Positions 27,057 to 37,939 of a stretch of DNA of 64,000 bases are shown here, piece by piece. A program made the translations under genes and the position numbers. The stretch's first letter is position 1. Each line of letters starts with the position of its first letter. The DNA comes from an uncultured Patescibacteria group bacterium. Its GTDB lineage: Bacteria > Patescibacteriota > Patescibacteriia > UBA2591 > CALHIP01. The DNA lies in the NCBI GenBank assembly GCA_938030745.1, contig CALHIP010000026.1, forward strand, positions 16,404 through 80,403, given 5' to 3'. The notes under the pieces are model-generated. The model saw only the letters and a list, made by a program, of their open reading frames with translations. It searched no databases and was not told where the DNA came from.

Positions 27057-28589
27057 ATGAAAGAAATTAGCTCTTTTGTTCCAATTGTTGTTTTTATTGG
27101 CATTATTGTTGGTTCTCTTGTTGGTTATTACTTCAGAAAATTCTTAGCAACCCGTTTCTTGGAAAGAACAGAAATGAAGATAAAAGAGATGGAAAATAAA
27201 GCCCATCAAGAAGCAAAAAGAATTATTCTTAAAGCTAAAGAAGATGCCTTTAAAATTATTGAAAAAGCAAGGAATGAGTTAAGAATTAAAAATGAAGAAT
27301 TAAAAGCTAAAGAAGAAAAATTAGAAGAAAGAAGGGCTCTTTTTGATCAGAAACTTCTTGAATTTGAAGAAGCTAAGACTAAGTTGATTGCTAAAGTAAA
27401 AAAAATTGAAGAATTAAAAGAGGAAGTAAATAGACTTCAAAAAGAGGCAAGAGAAAAATTAGAAAAGATTGCTGGATTGTCACCTGAAGAAGCAAAAAAT
27501 CTTTTATTAGAAAAAATTGAAAAAGAAAATAAAGAAGAGATTTTAGCTAGAATAAGAAAATTAGAAAAAGAAGCATCTGAGGAAATAGAAAAAAGAGCAA
27601 AAGAACTTCTTGTTTTAGTAATGGAAAGGTATGCTGGCAAAGTTGCTTCAGAGAAGACAACATCAACAATTGGTTTGCCTACTGATGAAATGAAAGGAAG
27701 AATTATCGGTCGAGAAGGAAGGAATATCAGAACTATAGAACAACTTACAGGTGTAGAAATTATTATTGATGATACACCAGGCGTTATTACCATTTCAAGT
27801 TTTTCTCCTTTAAGAAGAGAACTAGCTAAAAGGTTATTAGAAAAATTAATTGCTGATGGAAGAATCCAGCCAGCAAGGATTGAAAGGTTTTTTGAAGAAG
27901 CAAAAAAAGAATTAGCTACAGAAATAAAAAAAAGAGGTGAAGAAACAGTTTATAATTTAGGAATCGTTGGCTTACCTTCAGAAATTGTCCATCTTTTAGG
28001 CAGGCTTTTTTACCGAACAAGTTATGGTCAAAATGTTTTACAACATTCAATCGAAGTAGCAAATCTTTCTGCTCTTTTAGCTGCTGAATTAAAAGCAGAT
28101 GTTTCAGTAGCAAAAAAAGCTGGACTTCTTCATGATATAGGTAAAGCAGTTGATCAAGAAATGATAGGCACTCATCCAGAAATTGGCAAAGAATTAGCTG
28201 AGAAATATAATTTACCTAAAGAAATAATTATTCCGATTGCTACTCATCATGATGATAAACCACCAACTCTTGAGGCAATTATTGTTAAAGTTGCTGATGC
28301 TATCTCTGGAGCGAGGGAAGGAGCAAGAAATGAGACTTATGAGGAATATATTAAAAGACTTGAAGAATTAGAAAAAATTGCTTTAGGTTTTTCTGGAGTT
28401 GAAAAGGCTTATGCTATTGAGGCGGGTCGAGAGATAAGAGTTTTTGTTAAAGCAGAAGAAATAGATGATTTAGAGGCAGAAAAACTTGCTCGAGAAATTG
28501 CTAAAAAAATTGAAAGTACGCTTCAATATCCAGGAGAAATCAAAGTTAATGTTATTCGTGAGAAAAGAGTTATTGAGTATGCAAGATAA
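27057..28589 (+). CDS. rny: Ribonuclease Y
   Basis: N-terminal TM helix, long coiled coil, KH domain (IGREGRNIRTIEQLTGV), and HD domain (LLHDIGK…HH). Confidence 0.95.
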   Translation: MKEISSFVPIVVFIGIIVGSLVGYYFRKFLATRFLERTEMKIKEMENKAHQEAKRIILKAKEDAFKIIEKARNELRIKNEELKAKEEKLEERRALFDQKLLEFEEAKTKLIAKVKKIEELKEEVNRLQKEAREKLEKIAGLSPEEAKNLLLEKIEKENKEEILARIRKLEKEASEEIEKRAKELLVLVMERYAGKVASEKTTSTIGLPTDEMKGRIIGREGRNIRTIEQLTGVEIIIDDTPGVITISSFSPLRRELAKRLLEKLIADGRIQPARIERFFEEAKKELATEIKKRGEETVYNLGIVGLPSEIVHLLGRLFYRTSYGQNVLQHSIEVANLSALLAAELKADVSVAKKAGLLHDIGKAVDQEMIGTHPEIGKELAEKYNLPKEIIIPIATHHDDKPPTLEAIIVKVADAISGAREGARNETYEEYIKRLEELEKIALGFSGVEKAYAIEAGREIRVFVKAEEIDDLEAEKLAREIAKKIESTLQYPGEIKVNVIREKRVIEYAR

Positions 28590-28598
28590 AATATCAAT

Positions 28599-29405
28599 AT
28601 GAGATTAAAAATATTATTTTTTGGCGATATTGTTGGTAAAATTGGTCGGACTGGTTTAATTAAAGTTTTGCCTCAGTTAAAAAAGAAATTAAAACCTGAT
28701 TTAGTTTTAGCCAATGTTGAAAATTTAGCTCATGGAACTGGAGTAACAAAAAAAACTTTAAAAGAAATAAAAATAGCCGGAGTTGATTTTTTTACTTCTG
28801 GCAATCACATTTGGTCAAAAAAAGAAATTTTTGAGATCTTTAATGATCAAGAATTAAAACAGATTCTTCTTCGACCAGCTAATTATCCTTCTGGTCTTCC
28901 AGGTCAAGGAGAAAAAATTATTAGGGTTGGCAAAAATTCCATTTTAGTGATAAACTTGTTAGGAAGGGTCTTTTTAGATGTAGAAACCGATTGTCCCTTT
29001 CATAAAGTTGATGAGATTCTAAAAAGATCATCTTTCCAAAAGATAAATGCTATAATTGTTGATTTTCATGCTGAAGCAACCTCTGAAAAAAATGCCTTAG
29101 GTTATTATCTTGATGGAAAAGTTAGTGCTGTTTTGGGAACCCATACTCATATCGGAACGATTGATGCTAAAATCCTTCCTTGTGGAACTGGTTATGTTAC
29201 AGATATTGGAATGGTTGGAGCAAAAGATTCAATTATTGGTGTTGATAAAGAAAATGTTATTAAAACATTTTTAACCCAAATCCCTTATAATTTTAAAATT
29301 CCAGAAAAAGGAGAAGTAATTATCAACAGTGTTTATTTAGAAATTGATCCAAAAACAAAAAAAACAATAAAAATAAAAAGGATTGATTTAGAAACAAAAA
29401 TTTGA
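28599..29405 (+). CDS. ymdB: YmdB-family metallophosphoesterase (2',3'-cyclic-nucleotide phosphodiesterase)
   Basis: MRLKILFFGDIVGKIGR…ANVENLAHGTG…GNH. The rny-ymdB linkage is conserved in Firmicutes. Confidence 0.8.
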   Translation: MRLKILFFGDIVGKIGRTGLIKVLPQLKKKLKPDLVLANVENLAHGTGVTKKTLKEIKIAGVDFFTSGNHIWSKKEIFEIFNDQELKQILLRPANYPSGLPGQGEKIIRVGKNSILVINLLGRVFLDVETDCPFHKVDEILKRSSFQKINAIIVDFHAEATSEKNALGYYLDGKVSAVLGTHTHIGTIDAKILPCGTGYVTDIGMVGAKDSIIGVDKENVIKTFLTQIPYNFKIPEKGEVIINSVYLEIDPKTKKTIKIKRIDLETKI

Positions 29406-29417
29406 TAATAAAAAGTT

Positions 29418-30425
29418 ATGCCTAAAGAAGAAAAAGAAGAAAAAATTAAAGCTGCTGAAGAAGCAATTAGACAAATCAGGGAAAGATTTGGTGAAGGTTC
29501 GATCATGAGATTGGGAGAGGCAAAAAGAATGGAAGTTGAAGTTATCTCAACCGGTTGTCTTTCTTTAGATTTAGCTCTTGGAGTGTTAGGTTTACCTCGA
29601 GGAAGAGTAATCGAAATTTTTGGTGAGGAAGCAAGTGGGAAGACAACCGTTTCTTTACATGTTTTAGCTGAAGTTCAAAAACAAAAAGGAGTAGCTGCTT
29701 TTGTTGATGCTGAACATGCTTTAGATCCAGAATATGCTAAAAAGATTGGTGTAAAAGTAGAAGATTTATTGATTTCTCAACCTGATACAGGTGAACAAGC
29801 ATTAGAGATTGTTGAAACATTAACTCGTTCTAATGCAGTTGATGCAATTGTTGTCGATTCAGTAGCAGCTTTAACACCAAAAGCAGAAATCGAAGGTGAA
29901 ATGGGTGACCAATTTGTTGGTCTTCAAGCAAGATTGATGAGTCAGGCATTAAGAAAATTGGCCGCTATTGTTGCAAAAACTAAAACAATTGTTATTTTCC
30001 TTAATCAAACTCGACAGAAAATAGGTGCTGTTTGGGGTTCACCAACAACTACTCCCGGTGGCACTGCTTTAAAATTTTATTCTTCAGTTAGAATTGAATT
30101 AAAAAAAATTGGCCAAATTAAAAAAGGTGAAGAGGTTATTGGCAGTCGAATTAAGGCAAAAATTGTTAAAAACAAAGTTGCTCCACCTTTTAAAGTTTGT
30201 GAGTTTGATATTATTTATAATGAAGGAATTTCAACCGCTAGTGAATTGATTGATTTAGGAATGAACTATGGTCTAATTAAAAAAAGTGGCAACACTTTTT
30301 CTTTCAATGAGACGAAATTAGGCGTTGGTCGGGAATCAGCTAAAGAATTCTTAAAGAAAAATCCAAAAGTTGCCTCTCAGATTCGTCAGGAGATTTTAAA
30401 GAAAGCTAAAGAAGCAATTACTTAA
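29418..30425 (+). CDS. recA: Recombinase RecA
   Basis: [16 protein letters not shown]…[11 protein letters not shown]…VVDSVAAL. Confidence 0.95.
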   Translation: MPKEEKEEKIKAAEEAIRQIRERFGEGSIMRLGEAKRMEVEVISTGCLSLDLALGVLGLPRGRVIEIFGEEASGKTTVSLHVLAEVQKQKGVAAFVDAEHALDPEYAKKIGVKVEDLLISQPDTGEQALEIVETLTRSNAVDAIVVDSVAALTPKAEIEGEMGDQFVGLQARLMSQALRKLAAIVAKTKTIVIFLNQTRQKIGAVWGSPTTTPGGTALKFYSSVRIELKKIGQIKKGEEVIGSRIKAKIVKNKVAPPFKVCEFDIIYNEGISTASELIDLGMNYGLIKKSGNTFSFNETKLGVGRESAKEFLKKNPKVASQIRQEILKKAKEAIT

Positions 30426-30427
30426 TT

Positions 30428-30778
30428 ATGAAATTAAAAATGGAATTTTTTATTATTCCAATAATTTTCTTTTTAATTATTTTAGGAATTATTTTTTTCG
30501 AAATAATAAAAAATATTAAAGAGCCAAAAATAAAAATAGATTTTAAAAATTTAACTAATCAAGAAAAAGAGGATTTAAAAGAGGCTTATCAGGTTTTATT
30601 CCAGATAAAATTAATGAAAAAAGAATTAAAAAATAAAGAAGTTCCTTTTTTAAAAGAAAAAATAAATCAATTTGAGAAAAAATTGTTAGAAGAAAAAGAT
30701 CTTTCTCAAATAAAAAAAATTTCTCAAGATTTTTGGGATTCGAGTATCTGGCAAGAGATTTATCAATTAGAAAAATAA
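30428..30778 (+). CDS. Small N-anchored protein, unknown
   Basis: One TM helix plus a charged coiled tail. Translationally coupled to recA. Confidence 0.35.
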   Translation: MKLKMEFFIIPIIFFLIILGIIFFEIIKNIKEPKIKIDFKNLTNQEKEDLKEAYQVLFQIKLMKKELKNKEVPFLKEKINQFEKKLLEEKDLSQIKKISQDFWDSSIWQEIYQLEK

Positions 30779-30779
30779 A

Positions 30780-30851
30780 TGCCCCCAGCGTGAGTCGAAC
30801 ACGCATCTTCACCTTAGAAGGGTGCTGCTCTATCCATTGAGCTATGGGGGC
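30780..30851 (-). tRNA. tRNA-Arg (anticodon TCT); CCA not encoded
   Basis: Reverse complement GCCCCCA-TA-GCTC-AATGGATA-GAGC-A-GCACC-CTTCTAA-GGTGA-AGAT-GCGTG-TTCGACT-CACGC-TGGGGGC-A folds as a cloverleaf with T33-TCT-A37. Confidence 0.85.
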
Positions 30852-30889
30852 AATTTTGTTTTAATATTTTAGCAAAAATCAGAAATTTT

Positions 30890-32044
30890 TCAAACCTTTT
30901 CTGAATTTATAAATTTTTGGTATATCTCTAATAACTTTTTTGCCTGACTTTCAGCTGAAAAATTTAAAGCTATTTCTTTACCATTTTTTGAGAACTCCTG
31001 GTAAAGCTTTTCATTATTTAAAATTTCTAAAACTTTTTCAGCAAAAAGACTTGAATTGTAAGGATAAACCGAAAAACCATTTTTACCATCGATTAACATT
31101 CCTGAATAACAATCGTCTTTTAAAGCAACAATTGGTAAGCCAAAATAACTTGCTTCAAGAATGATTAACCCTTGGGTGTCAGTTAAAGAAGCAAAAAGAA
31201 AGATCGAAGAACTTCGATAGATTTTTATAACTTCTTGCCAAGGAATTCGACCAGTAAAAATTATTTTTTTCTCAAGACCAATTTTTTTTGCTTTCTCTTT
31301 TAGTTCATTCATTAGATTACCTTCACCAACTAAGACAAAGGAAAGATCACCCCTTTTTTTCCTTATTTGATAAAAAACATCAAAAAGAAACCTAACATTT
31401 TTCTCTTCTGTTAATCGGCCAACATAAAGCAAAATTTTGTCAGTTAAAGGAATATTAAATTTTCTTCTTATTTCAGAATCTTTTTCTTGTGTCTTTTCTA
31501 ATCTCTCTAAATCTAAACCAGTTGGTAAAATAAAAATTGGTTTTCTCACTCCATATTCTTCGAGCAATTTTTTCATTTTTAAAGAAGGAGCAATTAAAGC
31601 TGAACAATTATTGCCATAAATTTTTAAATAAAATTTCATTAATTTAGGAAGGATTTTGTTATTTTTGATTAACCAATATTTTGCATATTCAGGATAAAGA
31701 GTATGGGAGGTATAAAAAAGAGGAATTTTCAATTTTTGGCTAACAATTTTCGCCAGCCAGCCAGCTGAAAATGGAGTGTGGCTATGGGCAATATCTAATT
31801 TTAAATCAAAAATTTTTTTGATATCTTTATAGGTGAAAAACATTAATCTATTTTCTGGACTTTTAATCAAACAGACTGATGGAAAACGAAAGACATTTTT
31901 TTCTTCTTTCTTTTCGTTATAATTTGGACAAAAAACAAATACCTCATGACCAAGTTTTTCCAAATAAATTTTAAATGTCTGCATTGAAATTTCGGTTCCA
32001 AAAGTAACAGGAAGGTAAGTATCAGAGAAAAAGCCAATTTTCAT
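30890..32044 (-). CDS. GT4-family glycosyltransferase
   Basis: MKIGFFSDTYLPVTFGTEI…, and in the C-terminal half the EX7E-like region GEGNLMNELKEKAKK…FLFASLTDTQGLIILEA. Confidence 0.75.
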   Translation of the reverse strand: MKIGFFSDTYLPVTFGTEISMQTFKIYLEKLGHEVFVFCPNYNEKKEEKNVFRFPSVCLIKSPENRLMFFTYKDIKKIFDLKLDIAHSHTPFSAGWLAKIVSQKLKIPLFYTSHTLYPEYAKYWLIKNNKILPKLMKFYLKIYGNNCSALIAPSLKMKKLLEEYGVRKPIFILPTGLDLERLEKTQEKDSEIRRKFNIPLTDKILLYVGRLTEEKNVRFLFDVFYQIRKKRGDLSFVLVGEGNLMNELKEKAKKIGLEKKIIFTGRIPWQEVIKIYRSSSIFLFASLTDTQGLIILEASYFGLPIVALKDDCYSGMLIDGKNGFSVYPYNSSLFAEKVLEILNNEKLYQEFSKNGKEIALNFSAESQAKKLLEIYQKFINSEKV

Positions 32045-32120
32045 ATCTTTTATTTTAACATATTTTCTTAAATTGGTTAAACTTTACTTATTTTTTTAAT
32101 CTGTTATAATTTTAACTTCT

Positions 32121-32390
32121 ATGGCTTTAAAAAAAGAAATAAAAGAAAAAATAAAAAAAGAATACGGACTCCATGAGAAAGATACTGGTTCAATTGAAAT
32201 TCAGATTGGTCTTTTAACTAAAGAAATTGAAGAATTAGCTAAACATTTAGCAACCCACCGTCATGATTTTTCTTCAAAAAGAGGATTATTAAGAAAAGTA
32301 GCTAAAAGAAGAGCTCTTCTCCGTTATTTAGAAAAGACAGATAAGAAAAGTTATGAAAAAATTATTAAAAAAATAAAAAAGAAAGAATAA
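32121..32390 (+). CDS. rpsO: 30S ribosomal protein S15
   Basis: GSIEIQIGLLTKEIEELAKHLATHRHDFSSKRGLLRKVAKRRALLRYL. Confidence 0.95.
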   Translation: MALKKEIKEKIKKEYGLHEKDTGSIEIQIGLLTKEIEELAKHLATHRHDFSSKRGLLRKVAKRRALLRYLEKTDKKSYEKIIKKIKKKE

Positions 32391-32393
32391 GAT

Positions 32394-32903
32394 ATGTTAA
32401 TTTATAAATCACAACGGGTTGGTGTTTTTATTGATACTCAAAACATTTATCATTCGGCAAAAAATTTATATCAAGCAAGAGTAAATTTTGGTCGACTTCT
32501 AGAAGAAGCAGTGAAAGGTCGTCAATTAATTAGAGCAATTGCTTATGTTATTCGTTCAAAATCATCAGAAGAAGAGACATTTTTTGAGGCTTTAGAGAGA
32601 CAAGGTTTTGAAGTTAAATCGAAAGATTTACAAATATTTTTTGATGGAATGAAAAAAGCTGATTGGGATGTTGGTATCGCGATTGATGCAGTAAAAATGG
32701 CGGATAAATTAGATGTTGTTGTTTTAGTCACCGGCGACGGTGATTTTTTACCTTTAGTTAATTATCTAAAAGAGAATAAAGGTTGTCGAGTTGAAATTAT
32801 AGCTTTTAAAGAGACTGCTTCTTCAAAACTTATTGAATCAGCTGATCAATTTACTGACTTATCTTCTCAAAAAAGGAAATTTTTAATTAGAAAATATGAA
32901 TAA
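32394..32903 (+). CDS. NYN-domain (LabA/limkain-b1-like) protein
   Basis: VGVFIDTQNIY…DVGIAIDAV…VVLVTGDGDFLPLV are the acidic residues of the NYN/PIN-like nuclease fold. Confidence 0.7.
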   Translation: MLIYKSQRVGVFIDTQNIYHSAKNLYQARVNFGRLLEEAVKGRQLIRAIAYVIRSKSSEEETFFEALERQGFEVKSKDLQIFFDGMKKADWDVGIAIDAVKMADKLDVVVLVTGDGDFLPLVNYLKENKGCRVEIIAFKETASSKLIESADQFTDLSSQKRKFLIRKYE

Positions 32904-35040
32904 AATTTTTGAAACAGAAATTGGCGGTCGGAAATTAATTATTAAAACAGGTGAATTAGCTGGTCAGGCTAATGGTTCAGCTGTTGCTCAATATGGCGAG
33001 ACAACAGTTTTAGCAACAGCGGTAATGGGTGAAGAAAAAACTGAACTTGACTATTTTCCTTTAATAGTTGATTATGAAGAGCGATTTTATGCAGCTGGTA
33101 AAATTAAAAGCTCAAGATTTATTAAAAGAGAAACAAGGCCACCAGATGAGGCAATTTTAGCTGGCCGTTTAATTGATCGCGCTTTCAGACCTTTATTTCC
33201 CGAAGAGTTAAAAAGAGAAGTTCAAATTATTACCACTGTTTTATCAGTTGATCAAGAAAATGATCCTGATTTAGTAGCTCTTTATGCTGCTTCAGTTGCT
33301 TTAGCTATTTCTGACATCCCTTGGCATGGACCAATAGGAGGATTAAGGATTGGTTTAGTTGATGAAGAATTAATTTTGAATCCAATCAATTCAATAAGAG
33401 CAAAAAGTAATTTAGATTTAGTTCTCGCCGGAAAAGACTTAAGAGTTGTAATGATTGAAGCATCTGCTAAAGAGGTTTCTGAAGAAACGATTTTAAAAGC
33501 AATTGATTTTGGGACAAAACAATTGCCTTTTATTGTTGATTTTTTTCAAAAAATTCAAAATGAAGTTGGCAAAGAGAAGATCAAATTGCAAAAAAATTCT
33601 GATCAAGATTCAGCAAAGATAAATAAAATTATTCAAGAATTTTTCAAAGATGAAGCAAAAAAATATTTATTTGAAAAACCACTTTTAACTAAAGAGGAAC
33701 GAATCGGCGCAGCTGAGAAAATTCGGAATAAACTTGATGAGATTTTAATAAAAGAAAATATTGGCAAAGAAAGAAGAGAAAAAGTAATTAAAGAAATTAA
33801 TAAATTAATTTATAAAGAGGTATCAAAAGCAATTTTAGAAAAAGAAAAAAGAATTGATGGCAGAAAACTTGATGAGATAAGAAAAATCTCAGCAGCTGTT
33901 GGAGTCTTGCCTCGCGTTCATGGTTCAGCTTTATTTGAAAGAGGAGAAACTCAGGTCCTCTCAACTGTAACTTTAGGAGCGCCAGGAATGGAACTTTATT
34001 TTGAAACAATGGAAGAGGTTGGTCGGAAAAGATTTATGCATCATTATAATTTCCCTCCCTTTTCAGCTGGTGAAGTTTCGCCTTTGAAACCAACGGGTCG
34101 AAGAGAAACTGGTCACTCAATGTTAGTTGAGAAAGGTCTTTTACCTGTTCTTCCTAATTCTGAAAACTTTCCTTATACAATTCGTGTTGTTTCTGAAGTT
34201 TTATCTTCGAATGGTTCAACCTCAATGGCTTCTGCCTGCGCCTCATCCTTGGCTTTAATGGATGCTGGTGTACCAATTAAAAAACCAGTAGCAGGAATTG
34301 CTATTGGGCTTGCTTCAGAAGAAGATGAAAAAGGAATTAAAAGATTTAAAACATTTGTTGATTTACAAGATTTAGAAGATGGCCCAGGTGGAATGGATTT
34401 TAAAATCATTGGTACAAGGGATGGGATTACTGCCATTCAGATGGATACAAAAACTCATGGCCTCTCTTTTGAAATTATTGAAGATACTCTTGAAAAAGGA
34501 AAGAAGGCAAGAATGGAAATTTTAGATTTTATGGACAAAATTTTATCTAAACCAAGAGAAAAGATCTCTCCTTATGCACCAAAGATTGTTTCCTTTAAAA
34601 TTGATCCAAAAAAGATTAGAAATGTTATTGGACCTGGTGGTCAAGTAATTAATGAAATTATTGCTCAAACAGGAGTAACAATTGATATTGAAAAAGATGG
34701 TTTGGTAGTTGTTACTTCTACCTCCGAGAAAGCACTTTCGCAAGCAGTTAATTGGATTAAAGATTTAGTTAAAGAAATAAAAGTTGGTGAAGTCTTCCAA
34801 GGGAAAGTTAAAAAAATTGTTAATTTCGGCGCTTTTATTGAATTGTTCTCTGGTGAATCTGGTCTCCTTCATATTTCTGAAATTGCTCCATTTCGAGTTG
34901 ATGATATCTCTAAAATTTTAGAAGTTGGTGAAATTATTCCAGTAAAAATTATTAAGATTGACGAATTAGGAAGAATTAGTTTTTCTTTAAAAAGGGTTGT
35001 CTCTAAAGATTTTTATCAAAAGAAACTTAATCGAAAATAA
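32896..35040 (+). CDS. pnp: Polynucleotide phosphorylase
   Basis: Two RNase PH domains, KH ([15 protein letters not shown]) and a C-terminal S1 domain. 714 aa. Confidence 0.95.
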   Translation: MNKIFETEIGGRKLIIKTGELAGQANGSAVAQYGETTVLATAVMGEEKTELDYFPLIVDYEERFYAAGKIKSSRFIKRETRPPDEAILAGRLIDRAFRPLFPEELKREVQIITTVLSVDQENDPDLVALYAASVALAISDIPWHGPIGGLRIGLVDEELILNPINSIRAKSNLDLVLAGKDLRVVMIEASAKEVSEETILKAIDFGTKQLPFIVDFFQKIQNEVGKEKIKLQKNSDQDSAKINKIIQEFFKDEAKKYLFEKPLLTKEERIGAAEKIRNKLDEILIKENIGKERREKVIKEINKLIYKEVSKAILEKEKRIDGRKLDEIRKISAAVGVLPRVHGSALFERGETQVLSTVTLGAPGMELYFETMEEVGRKRFMHHYNFPPFSAGEVSPLKPTGRRETGHSMLVEKGLLPVLPNSENFPYTIRVVSEVLSSNGSTSMASACASSLALMDAGVPIKKPVAGIAIGLASEEDEKGIKRFKTFVDLQDLEDGPGGMDFKIIGTRDGITAIQMDTKTHGLSFEIIEDTLEKGKKARMEILDFMDKILSKPREKISPYAPKIVSFKIDPKKIRNVIGPGGQVINEIIAQTGVTIDIEKDGLVVVTSTSEKALSQAVNWIKDLVKEIKVGEVFQGKVKKIVNFGAFIELFSGESGLLHISEIAPFRVDDISKILEVGEIIPVKIIKIDELGRISFSLKRVVSKDFYQKKLNRK

Positions 35041-35041
35041 T

Positions 35042-35179
35042 ATGCCAAAACGAACTTATCAACCAAAAGTAAAAAGAAGAAAAAGAGTCCATGGTTTTTT
35101 AAAAAGAATGAGAACGAAATCTGGAAGAAATGTTCTTTCAAGAAGAAGGAGAAAAAAAAGAAAAAGACTAACAGTCTAA
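35042..35179 (+). CDS. rpmH: 50S ribosomal protein L34
   Basis: [37 protein letters not shown] trimmed the listed ORF to the Met at 35042. Confidence 0.9.
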   Translation: MPKRTYQPKVKRRKRVHGFLKRMRTKSGRNVLSRRRRKKRKRLTV

Positions 35180-35181
35180 AT

Positions 35182-35520
35182 ATGTTACCAAAAAAATACC
35201 GATTAACTAAAGAAAATGATTTTAAAATTATAGTTAAGCAAGGCAAATCTTTTTTTATTAAGGAATTAGGAATAAAATATTTTAAAAATAATCTGGATTA
35301 TTCTCGATTTGGTTTTATTGTCTCAACAAAAATTGATAAAAGAGCAACAGTTAGGAATAAAATAAAAAGAAGATTAAGAGAAATTGTCTATCAAAATTTA
35401 AGTAAAATAAAACCAGGTTTTGATATTTTAATTTTAACTAAACCAGAAATAAAAAACCTCGACTTCCTTCAATTAAAAGAGAAATTAGAAAAAATTTTTA
35501 AAAAAATTGGATTTTTATAA
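35182..35520 (+). CDS. rnpA: Ribonuclease P protein component
   Basis: KKYRLTKENDF…RFGFIVSTKIDKRATVRNKIKRRLRE. Confidence 0.85.
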   Translation: MLPKKYRLTKENDFKIIVKQGKSFFIKELGIKYFKNNLDYSRFGFIVSTKIDKRATVRNKIKRRLREIVYQNLSKIKPGFDILILTKPEIKNLDFLQLKEKLEKIFKKIGFL

Positions 35521-35539
35521 GACCTGTGGATAACTTTCC

Positions 35540-35568
35540 TTGACCCATTCCTTTTGAGATACTATACT
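35540..35568 (+). promoter_or_regulatory. Sigma70-type promoter: TTGACC (35540-35545), 17 nt, TATACT (35563-35568)
   Basis: Read directly. It precedes the dksA-like/lspA/comM gene train. Confidence 0.5.
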
Positions 35569-35645
35569 TTTTCCTGGAAAAAATAGCCATTGCCTTTTTT
35601 ATTTTTTTAAATATTTTTGGCATGGTTTTTTTATGTTTTCTTTTT

Positions 35646-36002
35646 ATGGATAAATTCTTAAAAGAAATTGAAGAAAAACTAAAAAAGCAAAAAAAAGATC
35701 TTGAGATTCAGTTAGAAAAATTAGGTGAGAAAAGTAAGCGTTTTCGTAATGGTTACCAAGTAAATTTTCCTCATTTTGGCGAAAAAGAAGATGAAAATGC
35801 TGACGAAGTTTCTGCTTTTTCTGATCGACTTTCTATAGGTCTTAACTTAGAGAAAAGTCTTGAAGAAGTAAATTCTGCCTTAGAGAAAATAAAACAGGGA
35901 AAATATGGAATTTGTGAGAAGTGTGGCAAAAAAATTGATAAAGAAAGACTCCTTGCTTTTCCGACAGCTAAATTTTGTTTAGATTGTAAGAATAAAAAAT
36001 GA
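35646..36002 (+). CDS. DksA/TraR-family C4 zinc-finger protein (alternative start 35622)
   Basis: Coiled N-terminus plus CEKCGKKIDKERLLAFPTAKFCLDCKNKK. Confidence 0.65.
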   Translation: MDKFLKEIEEKLKKQKKDLEIQLEKLGEKSKRFRNGYQVNFPHFGEKEDENADEVSAFSDRLSIGLNLEKSLEEVNSALEKIKQGKYGICEKCGKKIDKERLLAFPTAKFCLDCKNKK

Positions 36003-36442
36003 GGGGAAGATTTTTTTCTCTCTTCCTTATTTTTTTTATTTTTGATCGGTTAATAAAAAATATCCTTCTTATCAAAGGAGATTTTTTATTCTTTAAATTT
36101 ATCCCTAATTCATATTTTCTTTTCTTTTTTAAAAGAAATATTTTTTATCTATTAATTTTAATTGTCTTTTTTCTTCTTGTCTTTTTTCTTATTAAAAGTT
36201 TTAAAAATAGAGAATTTTTTATTTTTAATTTTTTATTTTTAATTTTTTTAGGTGGTTTTAGCAATTTTTTAGATCGCTTCCTTTATGGTTTTGTAATTGA
36301 TTATTTTAATTTTTTCTCTCTTTTTAGTTTTAATTTTTCTGATATAATGATTTTTATTGGTACCATATTTTTAATCTTTAAATTATTGTTTGGACAAAAA
36401 CATGTTGGCGAAAGTGATTTCCGGAGCAACAATTGGTCTTGA
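35999..36442 (+). CDS. lspA: Lipoprotein signal peptidase II
   Basis: Four TM helices and the GGFSNFLDRFLYGFVIDYF motif (GGxxSNxxDR). Confidence 0.7.
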   Translation: MRGRFFSLFLIFFIFDRLIKNILLIKGDFLFFKFIPNSYFLFFFKRNIFYLLILIVFFLLVFFLIKSFKNREFFIFNFLFLIFLGGFSNFLDRFLYGFVIDYFNFFSLFSFNFSDIMIFIGTIFLIFKLLFGQKHVGESDFRSNNWS

Positions 36443-37934
36443 TTCTAAAATTGTTGAAGTTGAGGTTGATCTTTCTTTCGGTTTTCCAACTTTTGAAATT
36501 ATTGGTTTACCAGATAAGGCGATTAAAGAATCAAAAGAAAGAATCAAATTAGCTATCAAAAATTCTGGTTTTAAATTTCCAAGTGATAAAAAATTGGTTA
36601 TTAATTTGGCACCAGCTGATTTAAAAAAGGAGGGACCAATCTATGATCTGCCAATTGCCTTAGGTATTCTTTTAGCTTCTCAACAGATTCCTCTTAATTT
36701 ATTTCCAAAAAATTTCCTTTTTTTAGGTGAATTATCTTTAAATGGAGAATTAAAACATTCAAAAGGTGTTTTGCCTTTAGCAATTTTAGCTAAAGAAAAA
36801 TTAGAAGGAATTTTTTTACCTCAAGCAAATCTAAAAGAGGCAAGTTTAGTTGAAGGATTAAAAATTTTTCCTCTTTTTTCTTTAAAAGATTTTTTCAGTT
36901 ATCTTTCTGGAAGAATTCCCTTTCAGCCGATTATTGGTCAAGGAGTAAAAATTGAAGAAGAAAATTTTGAGGTTGATATGGCTTATATTAAAGGTCAGGA
37001 ACAAGTTAAACGAGCCTTAGAAATTGCTGCTGCTGGTAATCATAATGTTTTAATGAGTGGTCCACCAGGAGCTGGGAAAACAATTTTAGCCAAAACTCTG
37101 CCTTCAATCTTACCAAAATTAACAAAAGAGGAGGTTTTAGAAGTAAGTAAAATTTATTCAGTCGCTGGACTTCTTTCTGAAGAAAAACCTTTTATCACAA
37201 CAAGACCATTTAGATCTCCTCACCATACAATTTCTGATATTGCCTTAATTGGCGGTGGACAATCACCAAAACCAGGTGAGATAAGTCTCGCTCATTGTGG
37301 TGTTTTATTTTTGGATGAATTACCAGAATTTTCTCGACATGTTTTAGAAACACTTCGTCAACCATTAGAGGACGGAGTAATTACTATTTCAAGGGCTAAA
37401 GGTTCTTTAACTTTTCCTAGTAAATTTATTTTTATTGCCTCAAAAAATCCTTGTCCTTGTGGCTATTACAATGATCCAAAAAGACCTTGTACTTGTACAG
37501 CTAGTCAGATTATTAAATATAATAAAAAGATTTCCGGTCCATTACTTGATAGAATTGATTTACATTTAGAAGTTCCCCGTTTAGATCCTCAAGAATTGTT
37601 TAAAGAAAAAATTGCTGAGAGTTCAAAAGAAATTAGAAAAAGAGTAGAAAAAGCAAGGGAAATTCAGAGGAAAAGATTTAAAAATTTAAAAATTTCAACA
37701 AATTCGGAAATGAGACCGAAAGAAATAAAGAAATTTTGTCAAATTTCTGAAGAAGGAGAAAATTTACTTAAAGAAGCTATTGATAAATTTTCTTTATCTG
37801 TCAGAGCTTATCATCGAATTTTAAAAGTTGCTAGAACTATTGCTGATTTAGCAGGTGAAGAAAAAATTGCCCCTTCTCATTTAGCTGAGGCAATTCAATA
37901 TCGAGTAAAAATTAATGAATGGGAAGGACTATAA
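36402..37934 (+). CDS. comM: YifB/ComM-family Mg-chelatase-like AAA+ ATPase
   Basis: N-terminal Lon-like domain, Walker A (NVLMSGPPGAGKT), Walker B (GVLFLDELPEF), and the C-terminal Mg_chelatase_C region. Start trimmed to MLAKVISGA. Confidence 0.85.
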   Translation: MLAKVISGATIGLDSKIVEVEVDLSFGFPTFEIIGLPDKAIKESKERIKLAIKNSGFKFPSDKKLVINLAPADLKKEGPIYDLPIALGILLASQQIPLNLFPKNFLFLGELSLNGELKHSKGVLPLAILAKEKLEGIFLPQANLKEASLVEGLKIFPLFSLKDFFSYLSGRIPFQPIIGQGVKIEEENFEVDMAYIKGQEQVKRALEIAAAGNHNVLMSGPPGAGKTILAKTLPSILPKLTKEEVLEVSKIYSVAGLLSEEKPFITTRPFRSPHHTISDIALIGGGQSPKPGEISLAHCGVLFLDELPEFSRHVLETLRQPLEDGVITISRAKGSLTFPSKFIFIASKNPCPCGYYNDPKRPCTCTASQIIKYNKKISGPLLDRIDLHLEVPRLDPQELFKEKIAESSKEIRKRVEKAREIQRKRFKNLKISTNSEMRPKEIKKFCQISEEGENLLKEAIDKFSLSVRAYHRILKVARTIADLAGEEKIAPSHLAEAIQYRVKINEWEGL

Positions 37935-37939
37935 ATATT

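Noticed and set aside
32074-32110. Full sigma70 promoter upstream of rpsO
   Set aside because: A TATAAT is clear at 32105-32110, but no acceptable -35 occurs at 16-18-nt spacing. I recorded it only as part of the leaderless-transcript observation rather than as a feature.
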